A stretch of 64,000 bases of DNA from an uncultured Gemmatimonadaceae bacterium (GTDB lineage Bacteria > Gemmatimonadota > Gemmatimonadetes > Gemmatimonadales > Gemmatimonadaceae). The stretch is from positions 1,440,001 through 1,504,000 of the forward strand of contig CAVXGK010000002.1 of NCBI GenBank assembly GCA_963761305.1. The letters run 5' to 3'. The translations under genes were made by a program, and so were the position numbers. Shown here piece by piece: positions 20,106 to 30,032 of this stretch (position 1 is the first letter of the stretch; the number at the start of each line of letters is the position of its first letter). The notes beneath the pieces are model-generated. The model saw nothing but the letters and a program-made list of their open reading frames with translations, was not told the origin of the DNA and did no database searches.

Positions 20106-22151
20106 ATGGCCATTCCAACGCCGTCCATCGTAAACGACCTTGATGCCCTCGCGCCCGGCGCGGCGGTCAACCCGCCCGGCCGGACCGTGCTCGCGTCGCC
20201 AAATGATCGCAACACGGTCACGGTCACGGTCAACGAAGGACGACTCTACTACAGCCTCGAGCGTGATGGGCGCCCGCTGATCCTTCCATCGCTGCTCGGC
20301 TTTGAATTCCGAGGAGCGGCTCCGTTGCGCGACGGGTTGCGTGTCACCGACACCGCGCGCCAGTCGCACGATGAATGGTGGACGCAGCCGTGGGGCGAGG
20401 TGGCTCGCGTGCGCGAACACTACAACGAATTGGCCGTCGACGTGGTGGAGACCGCCCCGCCGAACCGCCGGTTCACGGTCCGAGTGCGCGCCTTCGACGA
20501 CGGCGTCGGCCTCCGGTACGAGGTTCCGTCTCAGCCCGGGCTGGCCGCTTTCGAGATTTCGAATGAGCTGACGGAGTTCGTGCTCGCCGACAACGCGCGT
20601 GCCTGGTGGATCGCCTCGGACCGGCCAAGAAAGGACCGATCCGAGCAGCTCTACTCGTCGGGACCGGTGAGCACGCTTGAAAACATACAGACGCCATTGA
20701 CGATGGAGATGTCCGACGGCCGGACCTTCATGGTCATCCACGAGGCGAACCTCGTGCATTACGCGCGCATGTTTCTCACCGGGCCTCGGATGGAGAGCCG
20801 CACCCTGCGCGCGGACCTCGCCCCGCTCGCGGACGGGATCAAGGTGCGCGGCAGCACGCCGTTCGTCACGCCGTGGCGAACGATTCAGCTCGCCGACCGC
20901 GCGGCGGACCTTGCGCCGTCGCTGCTCGGCCTGAACCTCAACCCGCCGAACGCCCTGGCCAGCACGGACTGGATCCATCCGATGAAGTTCGTCGGCATCT
21001 GGTGGGGGATGCACATCGGAACGATGACCTGGGGCTCGGGCCCCACCCACGGGGCAACGACGGCCAACGCGCGCCGGTACATCGACTTTGCCGCGGCAAA
21101 CGGCATTGGCGGCGTGCTGGTCGAAGGGTGGAACACGGGCTGGGACGGCGACTGGTACGCGAACCGAGACCTATTCTCTTTTACCGAGCCCCATCCCGAC
21201 TACGATCTTCGGGCCGTCGCGGCCTATGCAAAGCAGAAGGGCGTGCGGCTCATCGTTCATAACGAGACGTCGGGCGGGATCGAGAATTACGAGCGCCAGA
21301 TGGACAGCGCCTTCGCGCTGTACCGGTCACTCGGGCTCGATGCGATCAAGTCCGGCTACGTCACGGACCTGCTCAGCTCAGGCGACTCGCACTATTCGCA
21401 AACGATGGTGGAACACCACCGGCGGGTCATCGAGCTCGCATCGCGTGACGGCATCATGTTGGACGTGCACGAGCCCATCCACGACACGGGCGAGCGGCGC
21501 ACCTATCCGAACATGATGAGTCGCGAGGGGGCGCGCGGGCAGGAGTACAACGCGTGGAGCGGCGAGGGCGGCAATCCGCCGGAACATGAGACCATTCTCT
21601 TCTTCACGCGCATGCTCGCCGGGCCGATGGACTTCACGCCCGGCATCTTCGATCTCCTGTTCGAGCGTGGCACCGGGCGCGCACGCCGCCTCGACGAGTC
21701 ACGCCCGCGGACGACGCTGGCGAAGCAGCTCGCGTTGTACGTCGTTCTGTACTCGCCGTTGCAGATGGCCGCCGACCTGCCGGAAAACTACGCCGCGCAG
21801 CCGGCGTTCCAGTTCATCCGCGACGTCGCCGTCGACTGGGATACCACCCGCGTGCTCGACGGACGGATCGGCGACTACGTCGCGGTCGCGCGGCGGGAGC
21901 GCGGCGGCCAGTCGTGGTATGTGGGCGCCATCACCGACGAATCGGCGCGAACTCTCGACATCCCGCTGTCGTTTCTCACGCCCGGCAAGGAGTACGTCGC
22001 CGAGGTGTACGCCGACGGCCCAGGCGCGAACTGGTTCGACAACCCGCTCCCCGTCACGATCACGCGGCACACGGTGACGTCCGCCACCCAGCTGCACATT
22101 GCGATGGCCCCGGGTGGCGGACAGGCAATCCGCATCCACCAAGCGAGGTAA
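20106..22151 (+). CDS. GH97 alpha-glucosidase (SusB-like)
   Basis: 'KFVGIWWGMH', 'YIDFAAANG..VLVEGWNTGW', 'HNET', 'IKSGYV', 'RTYPNMMSREGARGQEY', 'GPMDFTPG', 'SPLQMAADLPENY'. Confidence 0.93.
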   Translation: MAIPTPSIVNDLDALAPGAAVNPPGRTVLASPNDRNTVTVTVNEGRLYYSLERDGRPLILPSLLGFEFRGAAPLRDGLRVTDTARQSHDEWWTQPWGEVARVREHYNELAVDVVETAPPNRRFTVRVRAFDDGVGLRYEVPSQPGLAAFEISNELTEFVLADNARAWWIASDRPRKDRSEQLYSSGPVSTLENIQTPLTMEMSDGRTFMVIHEANLVHYARMFLTGPRMESRTLRADLAPLADGIKVRGSTPFVTPWRTIQLADRAADLAPSLLGLNLNPPNALASTDWIHPMKFVGIWWGMHIGTMTWGSGPTHGATTANARRYIDFAAANGIGGVLVEGWNTGWDGDWYANRDLFSFTEPHPDYDLRAVAAYAKQKGVRLIVHNETSGGIENYERQMDSAFALYRSLGLDAIKSGYVTDLLSSGDSHYSQTMVEHHRRVIELASRDGIMLDVHEPIHDTGERRTYPNMMSREGARGQEYNAWSGEGGNPPEHETILFFTRMLAGPMDFTPGIFDLLFERGTGRARRLDESRPRTTLAKQLALYVVLYSPLQMAADLPENYAAQPAFQFIRDVAVDWDTTRVLDGRIGDYVAVARRERGGQSWYVGAITDESARTLDIPLSFLTPGKEYVAEVYADGPGANWFDNPLPVTITRHTVTSATQLHIAMAPGGGQAIRIHQAR

Positions 22152-22156
22152 CGCGA

Positions 22157-23761
22157 GTGCAATCCCAGCTTCCCCCCCCCACTGCATTCGTTGCCGGCGA
22201 AGTGGCCGAGAGCCCGGTGGAGGCGACGGTGGCCCTGCGCGCCAAACCGACTCTCACGCTCTGGGAAATCTGGAATATGAGTTTCGGATTTCTGGGCATC
22301 CAAATCGGCTTCGCGCTGCAGAACGCCAACGTGAGCAGGATTTTCGAAACACTGGGCGCAAAGGTGGAGGACATTCCTATCCTCTGGATCGCCGCCCCCG
22401 TGACCGGGCTGCTCGTCCAGCCGGTCGTCGGTTATTTCAGCGATCGAACGTGGAACCGCCTGGGGCGCCGCCGGCCCTACTTCCTCGGCGGTGCCATTCT
22501 CGCGTCGCTGGCGTTGTTGGCGATGCCGAACTCGCCGGTACTGTGGGTGGCGGCCGGAGTGCTCTGGCTCATGGACGCCTCGATCAACATCTCCATGGAG
22601 CCCTTTCGCGCGTTTGTGGGCGACAACCTCACCCGGGAGCAGCGCACCACCGGCTTCGCGATGCAGAGTTTTCTCATCGGGGCCGGTGCGGTCGCGGCGT
22701 CCATTCTTCCCTGGGTTCTCACGAATCGTTTCGGCGTATCGAACTCGGCTCCGCCGAACGTGATTCCCGACTCGGTGCGCCTGTCGTTCTACCTCGGCGC
22801 CGCCGTATTCTTTCTCGCCGTGCTCTGGACCGTGGTGCGCTCCAGAGAATACTCGCCGGCGCAGATGGCTTCGTTCGCCGAGAATCAGGCGCGCGAGGTG
22901 CACGTCCGAGTGGAGCGGACGGCCGGAGAGCACGCTGCCCGGGGCCGGGAGCAAGTGCGGCTCGGCGGCGTCCTGCTGACTGTTGGGGCGGCAGTGTCCG
23001 TCGGGTTGGCGAGCCAGGCCCTTTATCAGGTGGTGGTTCTGCCTGCCGTGCTTGGGGTTGTCGGAGTTCTGCTCATCGCAAGCGGAGTTCTGCAGCGGCG
23101 CGGCCGATACGACAATGGCTTCGTGACGATCTTCAACGATCTGCAAGACATGCCCCCGACGATGAAGCAGCTCGCCTGGGTGCAGTTCTTTTCGTGGTTC
23201 GCGTTGTTCGCGATGTGGATCTACACCACGGCCGCGGTCACCAGCCACGTATACCACACTACCGACACGACGTCGGCGATCTACAACGACGGGGCGAACT
23301 GGGTCGGCGTCTGTTTCGCCGTCTACAACGGCGTCGCCGCCATCGTCGCCTTCGCCATTCCCGTGATGGCCAGGAAGACCAGCCGAAGGGCGGCACACGC
23401 GATTTGCCTGGCCTGCGGTGCCCTCGGGCTCATTTCCATTTTTGTCATCGGAGATCCGAAATACCTTCTCGCCTCGATGGTCGGCGTGGGGATCGCGTGG
23501 GCGAGCATCCTGTCGATGCCGTATGCCATCCTCGCCGGCGCCCTGCCGCCGTCGAAGATGGGCTACTACATGGGCGTGTTCAATTTCTTCATCGTAATCC
23601 CCCAGATCGTCGCGGCGGCACTGCTCGGCTTCATCGTCAGACGATTCTTTGGTGGCCAGGCGATTGACGCCCTGTTCATCGGGGGGCTCTCCCTCCTGTT
23701 CGCCGCGATGCTCACGCTGAAGGTCAAGGACGAAGACGTGAGGCCAGCCCTGCCGACGTGA
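22157..23761 (+). CDS. MFS (GPH/SLC45-like) maltose/maltodextrin transporter; start uncertain
   Basis: 'IWNMSFGFLGIQIGFALQ', 'QPVVGYFSDRTWNRLGRRRPY', 'DASINISMEPFRA', 'MGYYMGVFNFFIVIPQI'; ~12 TM. Confidence 0.9.
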   Translation: MQSQLPPPTAFVAGEVAESPVEATVALRAKPTLTLWEIWNMSFGFLGIQIGFALQNANVSRIFETLGAKVEDIPILWIAAPVTGLLVQPVVGYFSDRTWNRLGRRRPYFLGGAILASLALLAMPNSPVLWVAAGVLWLMDASINISMEPFRAFVGDNLTREQRTTGFAMQSFLIGAGAVAASILPWVLTNRFGVSNSAPPNVIPDSVRLSFYLGAAVFFLAVLWTVVRSREYSPAQMASFAENQAREVHVRVERTAGEHAARGREQVRLGGVLLTVGAAVSVGLASQALYQVVVLPAVLGVVGVLLIASGVLQRRGRYDNGFVTIFNDLQDMPPTMKQLAWVQFFSWFALFAMWIYTTAAVTSHVYHTTDTTSAIYNDGANWVGVCFAVYNGVAAIVAFAIPVMARKTSRRAAHAICLACGALGLISIFVIGDPKYLLASMVGVGIAWASILSMPYAILAGALPPSKMGYYMGVFNFFIVIPQIVAAALLGFIVRRFFGGQAIDALFIGGLSLLFAAMLTLKVKDEDVRPALPT

Positions 23762-23912
23762 GCAGTTCGCGAAACGCGAGCAGGATGCCGAGCGGGAGAA
23801 GGCTCGAGGAGACGCGCCGGCAACGGCAAAAAGGTCGGCGGCTTGGGTGCCCCTGCGGTGCCCGACCTCAGAACGATTCGAGCCAACCACGGCGAAGTGA
23901 TTGGCTCGTCGA

Positions 23913-23986
23913 TAGCAGGGGTGGGACTCGAACCCACGACCCCGGCATTATGAGTGCCGTGCTCTAACCACCTGAGCTACCCTGCC
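23913..23986 (-). tRNA. tRNA-Met(CAT), probably elongator (Ile2 not fully excluded); integration target of the island
   Basis: GGCAGGGTAGCTCAGGTGGTTAGAGCACGGCACTCATAATGCCGGGGTCGTGGGTTCGAGTCCCACCCCTGCTA; cloverleaf, CAT anticodon, no encoded CCA. Confidence 0.93.
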
Positions 23987-24014
23987 TCACTGCAAAACCG
24001 CACTACCTCAGAAC

Positions 24015-24042
24015 AAAACGGCCGGTCCCGAAGGACCGGCCG
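24015..24042 (-). terminator. Intrinsic terminator downstream of tRNA-fMet
   Basis: Minus strand CGGCCGGTCC-TTCG-GGACCGGCCG-TTTT. Confidence 0.75.
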
Positions 24043-24047
24043 ATCAG

Positions 24048-24121
<74 letters not shown>

Positions 24122-24132
24122 GCAGTACCAGA

Positions 24133-24161
24133 AAACTAAGGTTCGCTCGTGGGGTGGTCAA
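24133..24161 (-). promoter_or_regulatory. Sigma70-type promoter for the tRNA genes
   Basis: TTGACC-N17-TAGTTT ending 11 nt upstream of tRNA-fMet. Confidence 0.65.
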
Positions 24162-24208
24162 GTTTTCCCTTCACAGGGCGCCGGGGCGTACCCGTGCCCT
24201 TCTCAGCC

Positions 24209-24379
24209 TCAGAACTCGCGGCGCTTCATCTCTTTGAAGAACTTCGTCCGCTCGATGTCCGCGTCCTCGGGGGCGGCGGGCAGCGTCTTGTCGAACTGGC
24301 GGCCGTCGCGCGCCTTGCTCAGCTTCGCGGCCTTCGCGGCGTTCTGCCGCACCAGCTTCTGTAGTTGTTTTTCGTCCAT
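24209..24379 (-). CDS. Small (56 aa) basic hypothetical protein
   Basis: MDEKQLQKLVRQNAAKAAKLSKARDGRQFDKTLPAAPEDADIERTKFFKEMKRREF; strong GC3 codon bias; below ORF-track cut-off. Confidence 0.7.
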   Translation of the reverse strand: MDEKQLQKLVRQNAAKAAKLSKARDGRQFDKTLPAAPEDADIERTKFFKEMKRREF

Positions 24380-24451
24380 GGGCGGGTTGAGTGGACGTTC
24401 ACGACTGACCGTGCTCTCTGAAGTCTAACGACTGCGCGGACTGCCCGGCGG

Positions 24452-24760
24452 TCACTGCGGCTTGTGCGTCGAGTCGGGGGGTGTCGTAAAGCGATACAGC
24501 AGCTCCTTGTTCCCGCGGACCATGCCGAACACCTCCCGCGCGATCCGTTCCTGGGTCGCCGGGTCGCGCTGGACCTGGTCGGCGTAGCGCTTGAGCGAAT
24601 CGACGACCTGCTGCAGCGAGTCGATCGACCTGGTGAGCCCGTCTCGCGTGCTCCGCTGGCGGAACAAGTCGAGCGTGCTGAACTCGCCGCCTTCGACCGC
24701 GAACCAGGCCGCCACGAGAAACAGCGCGGCGATCCCGAGTCGCTTCATGGCCGGCGGCAT
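24452..24760 (-). CDS. ftsB: Septum formation initiator FtsB/DivIC
   Basis: N-terminal TM, coiled coil, 'ERIAREVFGMVRGNKE'; conserved position after eno. Confidence 0.8.
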   Translation of the reverse strand: MPPAMKRLGIAALFLVAAWFAVEGGEFSTLDLFRQRSTRDGLTRSIDSLQQVVDSLKRYADQVQRDPATQERIAREVFGMVRGNKELLYRFTTPPDSTHKPQ

Positions 24761-24775
24761 CGCCGATTCCTCTCC

Positions 24776-26137
<1,362 letters not shown>

Positions 26138-26896
26138 TCACTCCTGGCGTTCGCCGGCGGCGGCGATGGCGCGCTCCGACGAGCTGACGCCGTATAGACG
26201 ATGTAGCGCGTCGTCCATCACTGACCACACGGTCGTTGTCAGCTCGGATCGTGCGTCGTAGTCGAGGCCCGCGGTGGGGATGGGTTCGAGGAAGTGAAGA
26301 TCGACAACGCCGGACCGGATGCGGAACGAGCCTTTCGGCATGACCTCGCGCGCGCCGTGGACGATCGTTGGGATGACCGGCGCCTGCGACGCGATGGCGA
26401 AGACGAAGGGGCCTTTCTTGAACGGCCGCAAATGATAGTCGAAGCCGCGCGTCCCTTCGGGGCAGACGATGATCGAGCGTCCGCCCTGCACGGCGCCGGC
26501 GGCGACCTCGTACGATTCGAACGCCGACTTCAGGTTGTCGCGGTCGAGAAACACGATGCCCACGGTCTGGGCGGCGAAGCCGAAGAGCGGGATCTTCCGC
26601 AGCTCGGACTTGGCGATGAAGCTGCACCACGGCACTTCGGCGGCGAGCGCGAAGATGTCGAACCAGCTCACGTGGTTGGCGACGTACACAGCGCCCTGCC
26701 CCGCCGGCATGCGTTGGCCGTGCACGCGCACGCGCACGCCCGCCGCCCAGTTCACCGACCGCGCCCAGAAGCGCACGCAGCGGGAGTAGATCGAGTCGGG
26801 CCCCTGCCGCACGCGAAACAAGCCGGCGACGATGACGACCGGGCCGAGCACGGCCGTCATCACCAGCGCTACCAGACCGACGAACAGACTCCGCAT
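26138..26896 (-). CDS. plsC: 1-acyl-sn-glycerol-3-phosphate acyltransferase
   Basis: 'NHVSWFD', 'FIAKSEL', 'PEGTR', 'PFKKG'; TGATG coupling to thiL. Confidence 0.88.
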   Translation of the reverse strand: MRSLFVGLVALVMTAVLGPVVIVAGLFRVRQGPDSIYSRCVRFWARSVNWAAGVRVRVHGQRMPAGQGAVYVANHVSWFDIFALAAEVPWCSFIAKSELRKIPLFGFAAQTVGIVFLDRDNLKSAFESYEVAAGAVQGGRSIIVCPEGTRGFDYHLRPFKKGPFVFAIASQAPVIPTIVHGAREVMPKGSFRIRSGVVDLHFLEPIPTAGLDYDARSELTTTVWSVMDDALHRLYGVSSSERAIAAAGERQE

Positions 26897-27816
26897 CAGT
26901 GAGAAAAGTGATCGTGCCCGGACACAGCGGCAACGCTCGCGCCGAGCACCTCGACCTCGGCCGGTCCGGCGACGACGCGGCCGATATGCGTCAGCGGAAT
27001 CTCGAAATGGCGGCCGAATTCGCGGACGTCGAACGTCGAGGCCGACGTGACAATCAGCTCGTACTCTTCGCCGCTGGCGAGGGCGGTCTCGACGTTCACA
27101 TCGCCGACGCACGGAACGCGCGCGGCGTCGATCTCGATGCGCACGCTACTCGCCGCGCTCAAGTGGCGTAGATCGCCGACGAGACCGTCGGATATGTCGA
27201 TGGCCGCCGTCGCCCCATTCTCGGCGAGCCACCGCGATTCGGCGAGACGCGGCGACGGGTTGGCGAAGCGCTCACGAAACGCCCCGGCGGACTCGCCGCG
27301 CATCAGACGCTCGAGCGCGGCGCGCGGCGCACCGAGTCGTCCGGTCACATACACATAGTTGCCGACGCGCGCGGTGCTGCGCAGCACTGGCGCGAACGCC
27401 GAGCCGAGCACGGTAGTGGTGATCGACAGCTCCGAGCCGTCGCTCAAGTTGCCGCCGAGCACGTACGTGTTCGCGTTCGACACAGCGTCGGCGACGCCGT
27501 CGGTGATCGCGTCGAGGTCCGATCGCCACGCGGCGGGAATCACCATCGAGACGAGCACACCGATCGGACGCGCCGCCATCGCCGCGAGATCGCTGAGCGC
27601 GGCGGCGACGCCGCGACGGCCGATCTCGCGCGGCGTGAACCACGCCGGCCCGAAGTGCTTTCCCTCGATGATGCTGTCGACACTGGCGACGAGCGAGTCG
27701 CCGCGCGGAATGGAGATGACGGCCGCGTCGTCGCCGATGCCCTTGGCGCGCGCGCCGATGCGTCGGAGGATCGTGCGGATGGCGTCGAATTCGGGGCCGG
27801 GGGAGAGCGCGGTCAT
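26896..27816 (-). CDS. thiL: Thiamine-monophosphate kinase
   Basis: 'GIGDDAAV', 'LSDLAAMAA', 'IDISDGL', 'GEEYEL'. Confidence 0.93.
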   Translation of the reverse strand: MTALSPGPEFDAIRTILRRIGARAKGIGDDAAVISIPRGDSLVASVDSIIEGKHFGPAWFTPREIGRRGVAAALSDLAAMAARPIGVLVSMVIPAAWRSDLDAITDGVADAVSNANTYVLGGNLSDGSELSITTTVLGSAFAPVLRSTARVGNYVYVTGRLGAPRAALERLMRGESAGAFRERFANPSPRLAESRWLAENGATAAIDISDGLVGDLRHLSAASSVRIEIDAARVPCVGDVNVETALASGEEYELIVTSASTFDVREFGRHFEIPLTHIGRVVAGPAEVEVLGASVAAVSGHDHFSH

Positions 27817-29423
27817 GTCGGTGGACCGATAGACCGGTGGACCGGTGGACCGGCACGGCTCAAGAGCGACACCTCGGCTAGTACCGGATATCGCGATGGA
27901 CGGACGTCGAAGCTCCAGCTCGCGCGCAGCTCGCGAATGACGTCGTCGAGCGAGAGGCCGCGCACTACGTCGTCACCGCCGGCGCTCGCGCGCTCGGCGG
28001 CGCGGCCGTGGATCCATGCGCCGGCGGCGCCGGCGTGGAATGGATCGCCCATCTGCGCGAGCAGTGTCCCAGCGATACCGCTCAACACGTCCCCGCTGCC
28101 GCCTGTGGCGAGCACTGGAGTGCCGGCGGCGCTGACCAGTCGGTCGCCGTCGGGATTCGTGATGACAGTCGGCACACCCTTGAGCAGAATCGTCGCGCCG
28201 AGTTTCTTGGCGATGTCGCCGGCAATTTCGAATCTGTTCGCGAGGACCGCTGCCGGGTCGACGCCGGCGAGTCGGGAGAACTCGACGGCGTGCGGCGTGA
28301 GCAGCGCGGGACGGCCGCCGAGCAGTTTCGCCAGCTCGTCGACTCGGCCGGCGAAGATGGTGATCGCGTCGGCGTCGAGGAGCGTCGGCCCCTTCCATGT
28401 TTGCAGCACGCGCACGAGCAGGTCGGCGCTCGCGTTGTCGTGGCCGAGTCCGGGGCCTATGACGACGGCGTCGGCCCAGGAACCGATGTCGCGTGAGACG
28501 GCGTCAGCGTCCGCGGGCCATGCGGCGCAGAGCGCCTGCGGTTCGGCTTCCTGCACCGGCGCCACACTCTCGTTCGCGACGACGAGCTTCACCATGCCGA
28601 CGCCGCTTCTCATCGAGGATCGCGCGGCGAGGACGCTCGCGCCCGCCATGCCGCGCGCGCCGCCGACGATCGCGAGCTTCTTTCGAATTCCCTTGTGCGC
28701 GTCCCACGGAATCGGCGGCAGCTGACTCGCGACCCAGCGTTCGTCGACGAGCTGCGGCGTGCGCGAGTAGGGATCGACCGTCGAACCGGCGAGCCCTATG
28801 TCGAGCACGACGATGGTGCCGCACGCCTCGCGATTCACGAGATGGCCGCGCTTGACGGTGCCGAACGTGAGCGTGAGACCCGCGCGCGCGACTTCGCCGG
28901 GTGTTTCGCCGGTGGACGCATCCATTCCGCTCGGCACGTCAACGGCGACGACCCTCGCACCTCGCACGCGAGCCGCTTCGCATTCGGCGATCGCTTTCCC
29001 TATGTCGCCGCGCGGCGCACCGGTCGAGCCGGTGCCGAGGAGACCGTCGACGACGAGCGATTCGCCGCCGGAGAGCGGCTGGTTCAAACCGGCGACCGCG
29101 TCGGCACCGAGCAGCTCGACGGCGAGGGCGCGTTCCGAACGGCAGTCCGGCGACGCGGCGGGAACGGGTTCGACGACTCGCACCGAAACGCCGGCGGCGT
29201 GCAGCGCGCGCGCGATGACCCACGCGTCGCCGCCATTGTTTCCTGGACCGGCGAAGACGAGAGCGCCGGAGTCGAGGCGATCTCTGAATCGGAGCGCGAT
29301 CTCCGATGCGGCCGCCGCGCCGGCGCGTTGCATGAGCGCGCGCGAGGGAACGCCGGCGTTGATCGTCGAAGCGTCGAGCGCCGCGGACTCCGCACTCGTG
29401 ACCACGCGGACTAGGGCGCGCAC
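27813..29423 (-). CDS. nnr: Bifunctional NAD(P)H-hydrate epimerase/dehydratase (YjeF)
   Basis: 'GPGNNGGD', 'DGLLGTG', 'DVPSG', 'GPGLG', 'LTPH..EF', 'ATGGSGDVLSG'. Confidence 0.93.
   Translation of the reverse strand: MRALVRVVTSAESAALDASTINAGVPSRALMQRAGAAAASEIALRFRDRLDSGALVFAGPGNNGGDAWVIARALHAAGVSVRVVEPVPAASPDCRSERALAVELLGADAVAGLNQPLSGGESLVVDGLLGTGSTGAPRGDIGKAIAECEAARVRGARVVAVDVPSGMDASTGETPGEVARAGLTLTFGTVKRGHLVNREACGTIVVLDIGLAGSTVDPYSRTPQLVDERWVASQLPPIPWDAHKGIRKKLAIVGGARGMAGASVLAARSSMRSGVGMVKLVVANESVAPVQEAEPQALCAAWPADADAVSRDIGSWADAVVIGPGLGHDNASADLLVRVLQTWKGPTLLDADAITIFAGRVDELAKLLGGRPALLTPHAVEFSRLAGVDPAAVLANRFEIAGDIAKKLGATILLKGVPTVITNPDGDRLVSAAGTPVLATGGSGDVLSGIAGTLLAQMGDPFHAGAAGAWIHGRAAERASAGGDDVVRGLSLDDVIRELRASWSFDVRPSRYPVLAEVSLLSRAGPPVHRSIGPPT
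27819..27853. repeat. 8-bp tandem repeat (CGGTGGAC) x4 in the nnr 3' tail
   Basis: cggtggac cgatagac cggtggac cggtggac. Confidence 0.7.
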
Positions 29424-29447
29424 GCCGCGTTTTTTTGGAGGTCTAGC

Positions 29448-29834
29448 TCAGACCGAAATCGCCCCGCACCACGGATACTCGCGCTCGAACGCCTGGTCGA
29501 AATCGAAGACGCCGATGAACTCATCTCGGCTGTCGGTCGGTTGGCTCATCAGGAGCCCGAGGTCGACCAGCGTGAACACGACGTCGCCGATGTCAGCGCT
29601 GGACCGCAGTCCCCAGTGCTCGAGGACGAGGCGGGACATGACGCCGAAGCGCTCGAGGGCCAGGTCGCGGCACGCCAGGGCCAGCTCTCGGCCGGTGATG
29701 TGGCGGCGTTCGTCGAGGCGCTGCTGGCAGTACTCCAGGGCCGCCAAGACGAAGACGTAGGCGCGCTCGTCGAACCGGGGTTCGCGGAGCCGGATGCGGT
29801 CCATGATGCCGTCCCGGAACGCCAGTTCAGGCAC
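29448..29834 (-). CDS. Minf_1886-like conserved hypothetical protein
   Basis: 'PRFDERAYVFVLAALEY...RHITGRELA...ALERFG...VLEHWG..SSADIGDVVFTLV..GLL...DSRDEF..FDF' matches recalled family pattern; GTG start inferred. Confidence 0.75.
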   Translation of the reverse strand: MPELAFRDGIMDRIRLREPRFDERAYVFVLAALEYCQQRLDERRHITGRELALACRDLALERFGVMSRLVLEHWGLRSSADIGDVVFTLVDLGLLMSQPTDSRDEFIGVFDFDQAFEREYPWCGAISV

Positions 29835-30032
29835 GGACGGAGGCAGTCGAGGGAGCCAAATGAGCCAATGATACGGGGTTGAGACGCCGAGGCACGCCCA
29901 AAAATGGCGCGTGCGGCTCCCTTCCACAACTCCCCAAGACGGTCAAAAAGCGGCGTCGAGCGGTAGGGTGGGATAATTGGTAGATTTATCCAATCCTGTG
30001 GTTCCCGGCAGCATCCTCGTTGCCCCCCGAGA

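Larger units (their letters stand above)
2786..23955. mobile_element. tRNA-Met-integrated genomic island (~21 kb, no integrase) carrying an alpha-glucan utilization locus
   Basis: Flanking direct repeat of the tRNA 3' end; accessory carbohydrate gene cargo; no integrase ORF seen between the repeats. Confidence 0.85.
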
